From the NCBI GenBank assembly GCA_033442325.1, contig JAWQFM010000012.1:1634459-1698458 (forward strand): a DNA stretch of 64,000 nucleotides, given 5' to 3'. Below, piece after piece: positions 1 to 12,519 of this stretch; position 1 is the stretch's first letter; every line of letters begins with the position of its first letter. The stretch is from Salpingoeca rosetta (taxonomy: Eukaryota > Protista > Choanoflagellata). The position numbers were made by a program, and so were the translations under genes. The notes below the pieces were generated by a model. The model made no database searches and had not been told where the DNA came from. It was given only the letters and a program-made list of their open reading frames with translations.

Positions 1-369
1 GGGTGTTATGCACAGCCCTTTTGCGCCATGTTGGTTGCTACTACTCGCCTCTGTTCTTGCTGATCGTCGTTAACTTACTCTGTCAAACTACCAAGGCAGA
101 TGCTGCTGCTGTGACGCATTGATGTTGCTCTCATGCCATTGCAGTAGCTGTTCCTTTCTTTACACGCTCAACCGCAATGAATGAACGAACGAACGCACGA
201 GTGAAGCGAAGCGACGAGAAGTCCCCTTGTGGTAACAGTAATAGCAGCAACTTGAAGGAGGAGGCTGCAGCCCACTCATGGTTGCATACGATACCCACAG
301 CACACATGCAACACAACGCATGCACACGCACACACACACAACGCATGTACACACTGGCGTGAGATTACA

Positions 370-1820
370 TCACTGCGACTGGCGGAGGCGGCGCTGGTAG
401 CACTCCTCGTGGATGAAGCTCGAGTCAGGGAGGGTGCGCCACGCGCCAGAGAGATGCTTGGCCGGGTTGGCAAAGATGACGTCAAAGCACGAGCAGCAGC
501 GCGGCCCAGCGCGGTACTGGTAACACTCCACATGATACTTCTTGCCCTTGTATTCGCCCCATACCCCGCTCAGGTTCATCTCCGGGTGCGGGTACAGCGT
601 GCGCCCACAGTACGCGCAGTGCGGTGCAGCACTCTTCTCGTAGCACTCCACATGGTACGTCGACACGCCCTGCTTCACCGCCAGCCCGCTGAACCCACGC
701 GGGAGGTCCGGCCGGATCACGTCAAAGCACGATGCACAGCGCACCTGCGCGCCCTCTGCTGGGCGAAACGTCGGCGGCGGTGCGTTGGCGGTCTGCGGAG
801 CAAACAGCTCGCGTGCCTCGCGCATCTTGCTCACACCGGGCTGCTTCACCTTCTCGTCAAGCGCTGCAAAGTACGATGGCGGCTTGGACGCGGCAATGGT
901 GCCTGGCGATGGCGGACGAGCGTGCATGGACACCCCGCCAGGCGCCGCATATGGGGGCAGCGTCGATGACGACGCAGGCGGAGACGCCCACGTGCTCGCC
1001 GTCAACGGCTGTTGCTGCTGCTGCTGCTGCTGTGATGCGCTGTCGTGCTGCTTCTCTGCAATGGCGGTGGCGGCCGAGTACGCGGGCGGGTGCTGGGCAA
1101 ACGTGTCGTGGAAGTGCTGCTGCTCCTGCTGTGATGACTGCGGCGGCGGCGGGGGATACAGCGCAGATGATGATGGCGCCGATGACGACGCCGGCTGCTG
1201 ATGGCCGGTGGCCGGTGGGGGTGGGGCGGTCGGGTAAGGAGACACCTGGCCTTGGGAATAGCCTGGCGGAGGCGCGTGTTGGTCCTGGTAGTGCAGGCCC
1301 AGCGGGTTGGTGAGCTGCTCTTGCAGTGCCACGGCACGCTCCATATCCTTTGCCTCCCTCAGCCGCCGTGCGAGCGCCTCTCGCTCCATTAGCTCTGCGG
1401 CCTCCTGCTCCTCCAGCTCGTGATCAAAGCGTGCGGCGAGGCGAGACACGTCGTCCAGATCCTGCACCTGCCGCAGCTGTCGCTCATGGTGGTGTGTGGT
1501 CTGCTGGACGAGGTTGCTCGAGGAGCCCGTGACTCTGTCCCTGGTGGCGCTGGATGTAGACGTGCCAAAGGAGAAGGAACTGCCCCAGAGGCGCTCGTGC
1601 TCTGCGTTGATTTGTGTTCGCCGTGCTTCCTCGGCGAGTTCGCGCTCGCGATGGCTGCGCAGCTGCTGCTCAAACTCGGCCTGCTCCCGTTGCTCCATGT
1701 GCCGCTGCCTGGTTGCAAGGAAGCGTGTGTGAGGGGCGAGGAGTGTACATGTTTGGGAGATGGTGAAGAAGGGAGAGCTCGTGGTGTGTGAATGCATGCG
1801 TGTGCATGAGAGGAGTTGCA

Positions 1821-1859
<39 letters not shown>

Positions 1860-2333
1860 TATGTGTGTGTGTATGTGTGTATGTGTGTATGTGTGTATGT
1901 GTGTATGTGTGTGTGTGTATGTGTGTGGGTATGTGTTGGGGGGATCTGCGATCAAGGCTCAGCATCCCATCACACGAAGCACAGAGAGAAGAGAGAAAGA
2001 GCGAGGCGTACACACGCACACACGCACACACGCACACACGCACACACGCACAAACAAACATACGCACACACGCACGCACGCACACACGCACACACACACG
2101 CACACACGCACACACGCACACACGCACACACGCACACACGCACACACGCACAAACAAACATACGCACACACGCACACACGCACAAACAAACACACGCACA
2201 CTGCTGACCTTTCTTCTTGTTCCATGCGTTCACGCCTGAGTCGTTCATCACGCTCTGCTGCCGTCTCCCGAAGCAGGGAGCCTACAAACGACTTTCCAGA
2301 CTTCCAATCGCTGTTCCAGTCATACCCGCTCAT
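370..2333 (-). CDS. Pro/Gln-rich protein with coiled-coil N-terminus, PPxY motifs and three C-terminal half-LIM-like zinc fingers (2 exons, ~487 aa)
   Basis: Exon 1 is 2333-2209 ([10 protein letters not shown]...MEQEE). A GT-AG intron spans 2208-1709, and exon 2 is 1708-370 in matching phase. The C-terminus has three CxxC-x24/25-HxEC modules. Confidence 0.8.
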
Positions 2334-2509
2334 GCTTGCGACCTCGTTGGTGGGTGGATGTTGTTGTGGTTTGTTGTTTGTGGTTGGTGTCGTCAGCGAT
2401 CTCGGAGATTTTTCGTTGATGATTTCAATCAAACTTCCACATTCAACCGCCAGCGGAAGACAGCGGAGAAGCAAGAAGTCGAAAAGCAAACAGACGACAG
2501 ACAGCAGAT

Positions 2510-2979
2510 ATGGATGGGCTTGTCGACAGGAGCAACCCAGACTGGGTGTCTGCGGAGCACAAGACTGGCGTACGTTGCTGTTTGCGGGGTTGCTGTTCAG
2601 CCATGTGTATGTGTGTTTGTGTGTGTGTGGGGGGCCGGTTGATAAGGCGTGTGGAATGTGGAGAGAGCCAAAGGTTTGGATTGGGGGCGATTGTGGGTTT
2701 GGGAGTTTGCCATTGGTTTTGCTGACACGGATTGTACGTGATTGTGCATGTGCATGCACGTACGTTGTGTGTGCGCATGCGCGTGTGTATGCGTGTAAAT
2801 GTGGTTTTGGATGTGTGTGTGTGTGCGTGTGCGTGTGCGTGTGCGTGTGTGTTCTTTATGTGCTGTGCATCCCTATGTAGACAACCATCATGGCTGTGGA
2901 GTTTGCAGACGGCGTGGTCATTGGCGCCGATTCCAGAACCACCACTGGGTAGGAGGAATGCTGTTTTGTGTGTGTGTGT

Positions 2980-3016
<37 letters not shown>

Positions 3017-3310
3017 TGGGAGCGGTGATTGTGGTTGGCGGAGCACGACATCTGTCCTTTTTGCTCACATTCGACGACCACCACCCCCCTCCCCTTTCTT
3101 CCCGGATACTGCAGCGCATATGTGGCCAACCGCGTCACGGACAAGCTGACGAAGCTGACCGACTACATCTACTGCTGCCGTTCCGGTTCAGCAGCCGACA
3201 CACAGGCCATCGCCGACATTGTGCGGTACTACCTTGAATTGCACAGGTAATCAACTATGTGTGTGGGTGTGCATTGACGCCGTGTTATCATTGTGAATGC
3301 GAGGCCTGTG

Positions 3311-3361
<51 letters not shown>

Positions 3362-4192
3362 AAAGGTGCAGCTGTTGATGGGATTTGTTTGTTCTGGTTA
3401 GTTGCTCGGGGGGTTGTCAAGAAGCCGCGCGCTTGGAAGATTTGCGCGACCACATCTTCACTCACTGGGGCGCGTTATGAACCTCATGTTTGCCTCGACT
3501 TGTGTGCCAGTGTGGAGATTGACGAGGAGCCACGCGTGGGTGTTGCTGCCAGCATATTCCGTGAGTTCTGCTACAACAACCGCGACCAGCTCACAGCAGG
3601 CATCATCTGCGCCGGCTTCGACGAGCACAAGGGCGGCCAGGTATGTCCAGAGAAGGAACGTGTGTTTGTGTATGTGTGTATGTGTGTTTGAGGGATGGCC
3701 ACATGCGTGCTGGGGCGGCTGTAGCTTGTCCTGTTTTCCTTTCTTCTCTCATGAACGCTGTCTGCTGCTCTTGATATTTTTCTTCTTGGCAGGTGTACTC
3801 CATCCCACTTGGCGGCCTCGTTGTCCGCCAGCCATTTGCCATTGGCGGTAAGCCAACCCGCGAAACGTGTCTGTCTTGCACGAACCGCTACTGCTGCTGC
3901 TGCTGCTGCTGAAGACTATCATGATGGCATGCGTGCATGCATTCGCACATGTGATCACACCACATGAACACTGCCACACCACACGCATGCATCATGGGCC
4001 TGTGCCTCATTGTGGTCTTGTTCGATGTTGTGGCGCAGGGTCCGGCTCCACCTTCCTGTACGGCCACTGCGATTCCACGTTCAAGGAGGGCATGGCCAAG
4101 GACGAGTGCCTCACATTTGTTCGCAACGGTGAGCAGCAGTAGCAGCAGCAGCAGCAGCAGTCGCCGTGAATGTTCTCTGAACGACATATGCT

Positions 4193-4232
<40 letters not shown>

Positions 4233-4788
4233 GCGACGGCCGCTTGCCTTCTGGTTCCCCATGCCCTGTCATTGCCATGTCTCCTGCCTTGCTTGCTTGT
4301 GTGTGCGTGCGTGCGTGTGTTTGTTTGTTTGTTCATCCTCCTCGCTCACATCGACGGTTTTGAAATACTGTTTCTCCCTTTCCCTCCCCCCCCCCCCTCT
4401 CTCTCCCCTCTCTGTTTTCTGGGTGTATCCAGCGCTTGCACTTGCCATGTCGCGGGATGGGTCCTCTGGTGGCGTGATCCGCACCGCCGTCATCACAAAG
4501 GACGGCGTCGAGCGCGACGTACGCTGCTTTGCTTTTGCTTTGCTTTTGCTTTGCTTTTGCTTTGCTTATGCTTTGCTTTGCTTGGTTGTTATTGTGGTTG
4601 TCGCTGGACCTGTATCTGCGTTGTATGCTTGCTTGCTTCCTTCCTTCTTTTGCTTCCTTCCTTTGCTTGTCTCGTTTTGGCTTGTTGCTCATCACACCAT
4701 GCACCGCCCTGTCCTTTCTTTGTGTTTTGCTGCCATCCACATGCAGGTGGTCCTGGGTGATGCGCTGCCCACGTTCTACCAAGGCTGA
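2510..4788 (+). CDS. PSMB6: 20S proteasome subunit beta-1 (PSMB6/PRE3), 8 exons
   Basis: Exons 2510-2569, 2881-2948, 3115-3246, 3511-3640, 3793-3847, 4039-4128, 4433-4518 and 4747-4788 splice in frame. The protein has a propeptide, then [47 protein letters not shown] and [10 protein letters not shown]. Confidence 0.96.
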
Positions 4789-5940
4789 AGAACATCGTCG
4801 ACCCTGACAGGTCCCAATGCGCGTCTGTCTGTCTCTGTGTTTGTGTCTATCTGTCTGTCTGTGTGCGTGCGTGTGTGAATGCACACCTCTACATGTGTGT
4901 GTGTGTGTGTTTCGTTGCCTGTTTGTTGTTGGATGCACCATCCCAGGTGCGCCATCCACATTCTCCTCCAACCCCCAGCTCCAACATCAACAACAACAAC
5001 CCACCCCTCCAACAACAAAACAAAACGAACCCCAACAATTAAAACCATCGTTCCCGATTCGATGCCGCAATAAGCAGCTGTGGGTGCACTTCCAAAAAAG
5101 AAGAAGAAGAACCTCTGCTGCTGTTTTGCTTGCTTGCGTTTCTCTGTTTTTGTTGTTTTTGTCAAGTCGTCGCCGTCGCCGCGTCGTGCCACCTTCTGTC
5201 CCCCAGCACTTGCGCCTGGCACGCTTCCCTCCACCAAACCCACCTTTGCCTTTTCGCACCCACTCTCACCCATTCCACAACAACAAAGGACACAAGCCAG
5301 CACAGACAGTGCAGCAGACGCGCCGCAAACACTGTCCATGCTGCTGCTGGTGCCTTGTGCTCGTCCTTGAGTGAAGCGCCAGCAGCGACAACACCCTTCC
5401 TTCTGTTGTTTCGTTCATTTCTTCCGCTTTCTGTGTTTTTGTTTCCCGCGCAAGTCGCATCCAATCAAAAGGTGAGCGTGACCAAAACGAGCGATGGGGG
5501 GGGGGGGGGGGGGGGGGGGGGGAGAAAAATTTTGGGGCCCAACCCCCCCAGGGGGGGGGGGTTTTTTTTTTTTTTATGGGTGGGGGTTGGCCCCCCCCTT
5601 GCCCCCCAAAAAACCCGGGGAAAAAAATTGGAAAAGGAGCCCAAAGCGGGGGCGGTTTTTTTTTTTGTGTTGTTGTATTGCGGCAGTTGTTGGGGCCCAC
5701 GTTGTTGTATTGTGGCAGTTGTTGTATTGTTCTTGGTTGCGGTGCTCACGCCCATGGTGCGCAACTCTTCCCTCCGCCCTTCCTTCCACCTTCGTCCCCC
5801 AACAGTTGCGCGTGCTGGTTGACAGCTGGGCCCGTGCTTGGGGCTGAGAGCCAACCTCTCCCCCCCCCCGCCCCTCTTCCCTTCGTTTCATTCAACCACC
5901 CACTCACTCCCCAACCCATCGCCACACTCAGACAAGCAGC

Positions 5941-6557
5941 ATGGAAGAGGGTGATCGACAGCCGGCACAGGGCGGGGCAGACCCTGCCTGGGCAAGTCGC
6001 ATTCGCGAGGCACAAGCAGGTACGTGCAAGCGCGAACCCGCCTTGTTGCACTGCCATCCATTGTGTGTGCAGACATAAAGGTGCGCCCTCATCGACTCCA
6101 ACCCATACACAATGCACCCTCTCTCGCAGTCTTGTCTCGGCACCTTCCACACAGATCAAGCAAGGAAGAACTCGTCCAACGCAACATCCTCAAAGGTCTG
6201 CTTGCCAGTTTGTTCGCGCCTGTGTTTTGCGCATGCGTGCGTCTGTGTGTGTGTGTGTGTGTCTGTCTGTCTGTGCGTGTCGTGTATGTTTCTGGAGCTA
6301 CCAAGGCGATCCAACTCCTCTGCTTCATCTGGGTGCTCACTAAATGCACGTGGTGAACTTGATCCCGTGATGTACTCAAACAGGCTTTGGCACTGCACAC
6401 AATTGCATGCCATGCAAGGCCAACTGCAACGAGCAAAGGTGAGGTTGCTGTCGANNNNNNNNNNNNNNNNNNNNNNNNNNNNNNNNNNNNNNNNNNNNNN
6501 NNNNNNNNNNNNNNNNNNNNNNNNNNNNNNNNNNNNNNNNNNNNNNNNNNNNNNCTC

Positions 6558-6606
<49 letters not shown>

Positions 6607-9387
6607 TGACTGTGTGTGTGTGTGTCTGTGTCCACGTGTTGTCGTACGGCATCTCTACTCTATGGTTCCAAATTGTCCGCCGCTCATGCCCATCGCCCTA
6701 ACTTGCGTTTTGTCGCCCATACCCGCCCCCAAACCCAGATTGGAGACTCGTTGGAACGAAACCTTGCCAACCGACCCTCCGTCGAACAGCTCCAGAACAA
6801 CAACATCCTGCGCCGTAAGTGACAACCAGCGAGCTGTGATGCGTGCTGTTTTGGACTTGTCGACCCAGCGCCCCACCTTCCTGCGAGCTTGCCATCCAAA
6901 CTATCGCCGTGCTGCAACACTGCACCTGGCGATTGCTGCGCTGGCAGTTGTTTGATCCTCGCGGCTGTTGTTGGAGTTTTGGTTGTTTTTTTTCTCACAG
7001 TGTAGCTGCGGTGGTGATTGTGGTGGTGACACCCTCGCTCTGGCGTGCATGGGTTACGTAGACACATCTGCGGATCCCCATGTCGCGGAACGCGTGCAGG
7101 ACATCAACAAGCACCAGCTACAGTCCCGCCTCTCCTCCCACCTCACCGCCCGCCCGCCTGTCGCAGACCTCGTGCGTTGCTCTCCCTCTCTCTCTCTCTC
7201 TCTCTTTCGTGTGCTTGCGCAAGGTCACGTCTGCAGCTCCCGCAACCCACCACACACAGCAACACACGTTCAAACAAACACACACAACACATACACACTC
7301 ATACACACACATACACACGACCCCAAACACAAACACAAACACAAACACACACAGCACACTTGCGCTCCGTCCCCTTGTGTTTAACATTTGTTCGTTCACA
7401 CTCCATGCGTCGGCTAATCCCCTGTCTCGCTCACCCACACTCATGCACAGGTCCATCGCAACATCTTGCCTGCGGACAAGGAAGCCGCTGGCCCGCACGG
7501 CCACAGCCCGCTGGCATCCTCTGTCATATCATCCTCCACACACGCCCTGTCCCCAATGCAACAAGACCAACAAGAACAGCAATACCACCACATCGAGGGC
7601 CCGGACTTTGATGGCAATGATCTTGGTGGCGATGGCCGTTTCCCACCAACGCCGCCGCCGCCTCCAGCCACGTCTGCTGCTGCCCCGCCCACGTCCTCTT
7701 CATCCTCGTCGTCGTCCGCCTTCGCCAGCAGCCAACAGCAGCCCATGCAGGCATCCGCGCCTATCAGCGCACGCGAGGGCAGTGCATTTCAGCCCAAGCA
7801 GCCGGTGGCCGGACAGCAGGTACGCTTGACGCCGCTCAAGGCGCCGGCAACGCTGCCCTCAAACACGCGCGTGGTGCTGGTCCCTCCCGGGCAGCAGTAC
7901 ATCATGGCCAACGTAACCATCGTGGGGGCGCAGCAGCAACATCAGCAGGCAACCGGCACTTCCCCCATGAGCAGCAGCGGCGGCGCAGGAGTCCCTGAAG
8001 CCAATGTGGGCCAACAAGGGATGGTGGCATCGCCAGCAACTTCCACATCAACGTCCACCACCGCCTCGACGTCCACCTCTGCCTCGGCATCGACGCCCCC
8101 CACAGCGCTGGCCACGCCCGTTGGTGATGCCGGCAGCTCGCAGCTTTCGGGCAAGGACGGCGCGAAGCGGCGGGCAACGGTTGTGCTGCAGCCGCACCAC
8201 GTGATGCTTGCACCGCAGCCGGCGCCCGTGCCTCGCGACCCGCAGCACAAGCACATTGTGGACCAGGAGCTGAAGCGGTACGTGCAGGAGAACATCAAGG
8301 TTATGCGCAAGCAGTACCCCGACCAGGAGAACGAGGGCCTGGAGCAGTTTGTGGAGCAGGCGGTCTCGGAGCAAGCGCGCGCCTACCTCAAGGTGACGAC
8401 GCAGCTCACTGCCGTGCAGAAGAAGGCCACCCTGCCGCACAGCGACGTGCGCGCGCGCATCAAGGCGCAAGAGCCTGCGCAGGCGCGAGCAGAGGTGCAC
8501 CAGGAGCTGCAGGCGTTCCAGGCGCGCTCGGCCCTGCCGCATCGCCAAGTGCGCACGCGCCTCACGGAGCACCGCAAGTCGCAGTCTGCATCGTCCAAGG
8601 GCGCGTCGTCGTCGGCGTCGTCATCGTCGTCGTCGGCGGCGGCGGCAGCGGCCAAGGCGGCGGCAGCCAATAGGCGGCGACGTTCCCGCAAGAAGGGCGA
8701 CACGCAGCGGGCGAGCCTGCGCAGTGGCAACAGGAAGGCGATGAAGCGGTTCAAGTACCACGAGTACTTGCCTGTGGACGGCGAGCCCAAGGCAGGGCGC
8801 CGGCGCAGCCACTCGTCATCCCCCATCACGTTCCTGACGTCGCCTGCAACGGACAACTCCAACCCAGCCACCCCTGATGAAGAGATGCGCGCCGTTGGTA
8901 TCAAGGGCGTGTCCCCTGCAACACACATGGAGTGCGCCCCAGACACCCCGTGCGTTTCCCACTGTTTGTTTGTTTGTTTGTTTGTTTGTTTGTTTGTTTG
9001 TTTGTTTGTTTGTTTGTTTGTTTGTTTGTTTGCGCAAGTCTCCGTCCTTCACCACCTCTCGTTTGCATGTCTTCCTCACACACACACACACACACGCACA
9101 CACACACACGCGCGCACGCACGCAAACCACCACCACCGCCGCCGCATCAGGGCGAGTGCGACTGCTGCGTCCCCCGATTCCACTGCGCCTGCGCGGGACC
9201 GCAGCACGCGCCGCTCCCGCCGCCGTTCCAGTCGCCGCAGCGCCTCGAGACGGCGTGCAGGATCAGAGGCCACAAGCGCATCGCGCGCAGAGAAGCCGCC
9301 AGCGTCCCCGCCACGGTCTTCATCCGTGTCGCACCACCACGCGGCAGCAATGCACCAGCAACATCATACGCAGCAACACCAACAAAC

Positions 9388-9426
<39 letters not shown>

Positions 9427-11119
9427 TGTTCAGCAGCACAGCCGGGCGATGCCGCCACGTGACATCTTCTCGCTCAGCTGGTCGGGCCCGGGCACCATGA
9501 TGTCACAGGCCGTGCAGATGCAGGCAGCTTCGCCCATGTCGCCAGAGGATGATTCAGTGTCACCACAGCACCACCAGCACTACCCACATCCCCACCACCG
9601 GCAGCACTACCAGCAGCACCAGCAGCACTACCAGCAGCACCGCCCCGCGTCGTTGCAGCTGCCAGGACAGCCCCACCCTCACCACCGCTCATGCGATGTC
9701 ACGCCCATGATCCGTTCCCCGCAAGGTGAGCTGGCGCCGGCGCCGGCGCCTTCCTGGGACATGGGGCAGTCACCAGGTGCAGTGGACAGCGAGATGCATG
9801 CGCTGATGATGCGGCACAAGCAGCAGCAAGCCATGCTCCAACACCAGCAGATGGCTGAACAGCACATGCTGCAGCAGCGCCGCGTCATGCGGTTCCCTGC
9901 TGCTGACCTCCACCAGTCACACCACCAGGCTGCGCTTCATGGTGTCGCGAGCAGCGGACCACGCGCCGCCCGGCACCAACGCTCGCTGTCGGACGTGAGC
10001 GTGTATCCATTCCACGCCCACCACAGCCAGCACCACACCCACGCCAACCCGGACACGGAAGCAGCACAGCTTGAGCGACCGCACACAGGCGAGACCTTGA
10101 ACGTCGACAGTCATGCAGCCGGTGGTGCTGCCCACCACCTCCAGCAGCAGCAGCAGCATCAGCATCACCAACCCGATCAGCAGCAGCAACAGCCCTGGGA
10201 GTACACACAGCAGCAGCACGACGCCACGCACGTTGCTGGGTCTCCACCGGATGTGCTGCACTTGCCGCCAAGCGATCAGCTCCTGCAACAGCCGCTCCCT
10301 CTGCAGCACCAACCACAACACGAGGCGCAAGCACAGCAAGTACCCCTTTTCCACCAGCAGCAGTCGCAACATCTTCATCAACCGCGAGAGCAACCGCAAG
10401 AGCAGCAACCGCACCATCAAGAACAACAGCAGCCACAACAACAGCAACAGCAGCCACAACAACAGCAGGAAAACCTTACACAGGCCACATCACCGCTGTT
10501 TGAGCTGCTGCCTGAGGAGCTGTTTCCGTTTCCGGACGATCTGGAAGGACTGGCAGACCTCACAGCACCCGACCTCCTCGACCCCTCGCTCATGCTGGAC
10601 GAGCCCCAGCAGAACAGCGCCCACCAGCACCAGCAGTCAACTGATGGTGTCGGTGTACAGGCGCACTCCCCAGCCAACCCGGCCAACCCGACGGCATCAG
10701 CGGATGTTCGCCAGCAGCAGCAGCAGCAGCAGCCTGAGCCGCTGTTGTCCCTGCAGCCGCGAGCACACGACCGGAGTGCATCCTGGAGCGGCAACCCGTC
10801 ATCGTTTGGCATTGACTTGTCCTCTTCTGCACAACTTCACCACCAGCAACATCACCACCAGCAACATCAGCCCCAGCAACAGCACCAGCAACAACAGCCT
10901 ACAACTGTGGATGCGTCCAGCGCCGCCACGTCAGTTGCCCCGTTGTCTGGCGGCATGTTCTCCATGGATGAGGCGGGCGATTTAGCCACTTCCCCAACTG
11001 GCCTTGACGCCCTCATCAGCGACGACCCGCTCATCGGTGAGCGCCAGAGTTTGTGTGTGTATGTGTGTGTGCGTGTATGTGTGTGTGTGTGCGTCTATTT
11101 GTCTGTTCTGTCTGTCTGT

Positions 11120-11151
<32 letters not shown>

Positions 11152-11349
11152 CCTGTCTGTCTACCTGTTCTGTCTGTCTGTCTATGCTTCTGCATGTCTA
11201 TGTGTGTGCATGTGTGTAATGTATTGTATCTTGTATTCATGAAAAGTTCATGCATGTCTGCCTGGCTCCGTCTTGCTCGGCTCACTGATTGTGTCACTGA
11301 CAATGTCCTCGTCTTTGCTGCAGGTGACTTTGCTCTATCGGGCCAATGA
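5941..11349 (+). CDS. Myocardin-related transcription factor (MRTF)-like protein: 3 RPEL motifs, B1 basic box, Q-rich region, acidic C-terminus
   Basis: RPEL motifs: LSRHLPHRSSKEELVQRNILK (~6130-6195), LERNLANRPSVEQLQNNNILR (~6739-6814) and LSSHLTARPPVADL/VHRNILP (7061-7171 / 7451-). B1-like motif RKAMKRFKYHEYLP at ~8730-8775. In-frame intron 8950-9150. Last exon 11324-11349. The gene spans an N gap. Confidence 0.8.
6455..6554. other. Assembly gap (100 N) within an intron of the RPEL gene
   Basis: Run of N. Confidence 0.99.
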
Positions 11350-12519
11350 TGGCAGTGACCCAAGTGCGCCCACAAGAAGCAAGTGTTGTCCGTGCTCCTC
11401 CTTCCCCCTGGTCCTGGCAGCTTGCAGTTGCCAGGGGTTGTGAGGATGCATGTTGTTGTTTTTCTAATCCCATCTGCTATTCCTGTCATACGTTTGCCAA
11501 CGCGCAACGCTACCACGACTGGGCCCACACAGGTCGCTGCCTGCGTCCGCTGATAAGTCTCAGAGTTTTAATTGAATCCATTTTCACCTGCTTGTGCCAC
11601 GTCTGTAAAGTCAGCCTTGTTGTCTTTTTTGGGTCGAGCGTGGCGCTTATTGCTTTTTCCTGCCCTTGTGTTTGCGGCCATTCCCTTGCTGTTTGTTTTC
11701 CCTTTCAGTCCCGTGTTAAACTCTAATTCCTGGATGCGTGTGATGTGATGTGACTGCTTTCCTGTCACTTTTTTTTTTCGTTCCTCCCTCTAACTTGCTT
11801 TCGTTGCGAACCGACAACGTGTTAACTGGCTTTGTTGTAGCGGCGGCTGTTTGCGTGCCCCATTGCCCCTATTGCCGCCTGGTTTTGTGTGCTTTTGCTG
11901 ACATGAATGTGCCGCGCTGTGGTCGTGGCTTCATCTCTCTTCCCCTCCCTCTCTCTCACGCGCGCGCTCTCTCCTACGTCCCGCCCATGAATGCATGCGC
12001 CCGTTGTGCGCCCATGCTGCCTTTGACGGGGCGTAGTGTGCCCGCGTGTGACGGAGGGCGTTCCTTGCTACCTTGGACATGAATGCCAGCCCCCTTCTCT
12101 CCCTCCCCCTGTCCCCTTCTCTTCCTGTACCTCGGATGAGTAGACTTTCAACGAGAACGGCAAGATGCAAACACAGCACATGACAACAATGACGGCTTGA
12201 CGGTGTGGTCACGGACACGGCTCACTGTCTGGTTGTGGATTGTGTTGAGAGGGGGGGGGGCATTTAATGCTCGAGTACTTGCGTATCTCAGTCGTTCCTG
12301 GCCAATGAGTGTAAGCAAACCGAGGCTGGGTGTGATGCATGCATGACCCCGCATGCACAAGACAGCGACAGAACAGCAATGCAAAAGTGAACACATCGAT
12401 CGTGTCACGCAGCAGTGTGTATGTACGATGATTGGACGAGCGATAACGTGACACCAAGACTGGGATGGGATGACATCTTGCTTGGGTGTGTCATGTCCAG
12501 GGCATGGTACAACACACGT

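Noticed and set aside
74-140. Possible first exon of another minus-strand gene (GTAAG donor at ~78)
   Set aside because: It is too short and unrecognisable, and may be 3' UTR of the half-LIM gene.
5496-5700. Homopolymer-rich block (long G run, then runs of C, A and T) resembling a G-quadruplex or unusual element
   Set aside because: It looks like degraded sequencing after a G run (slippage stutter), so it is probably a low-quality read.
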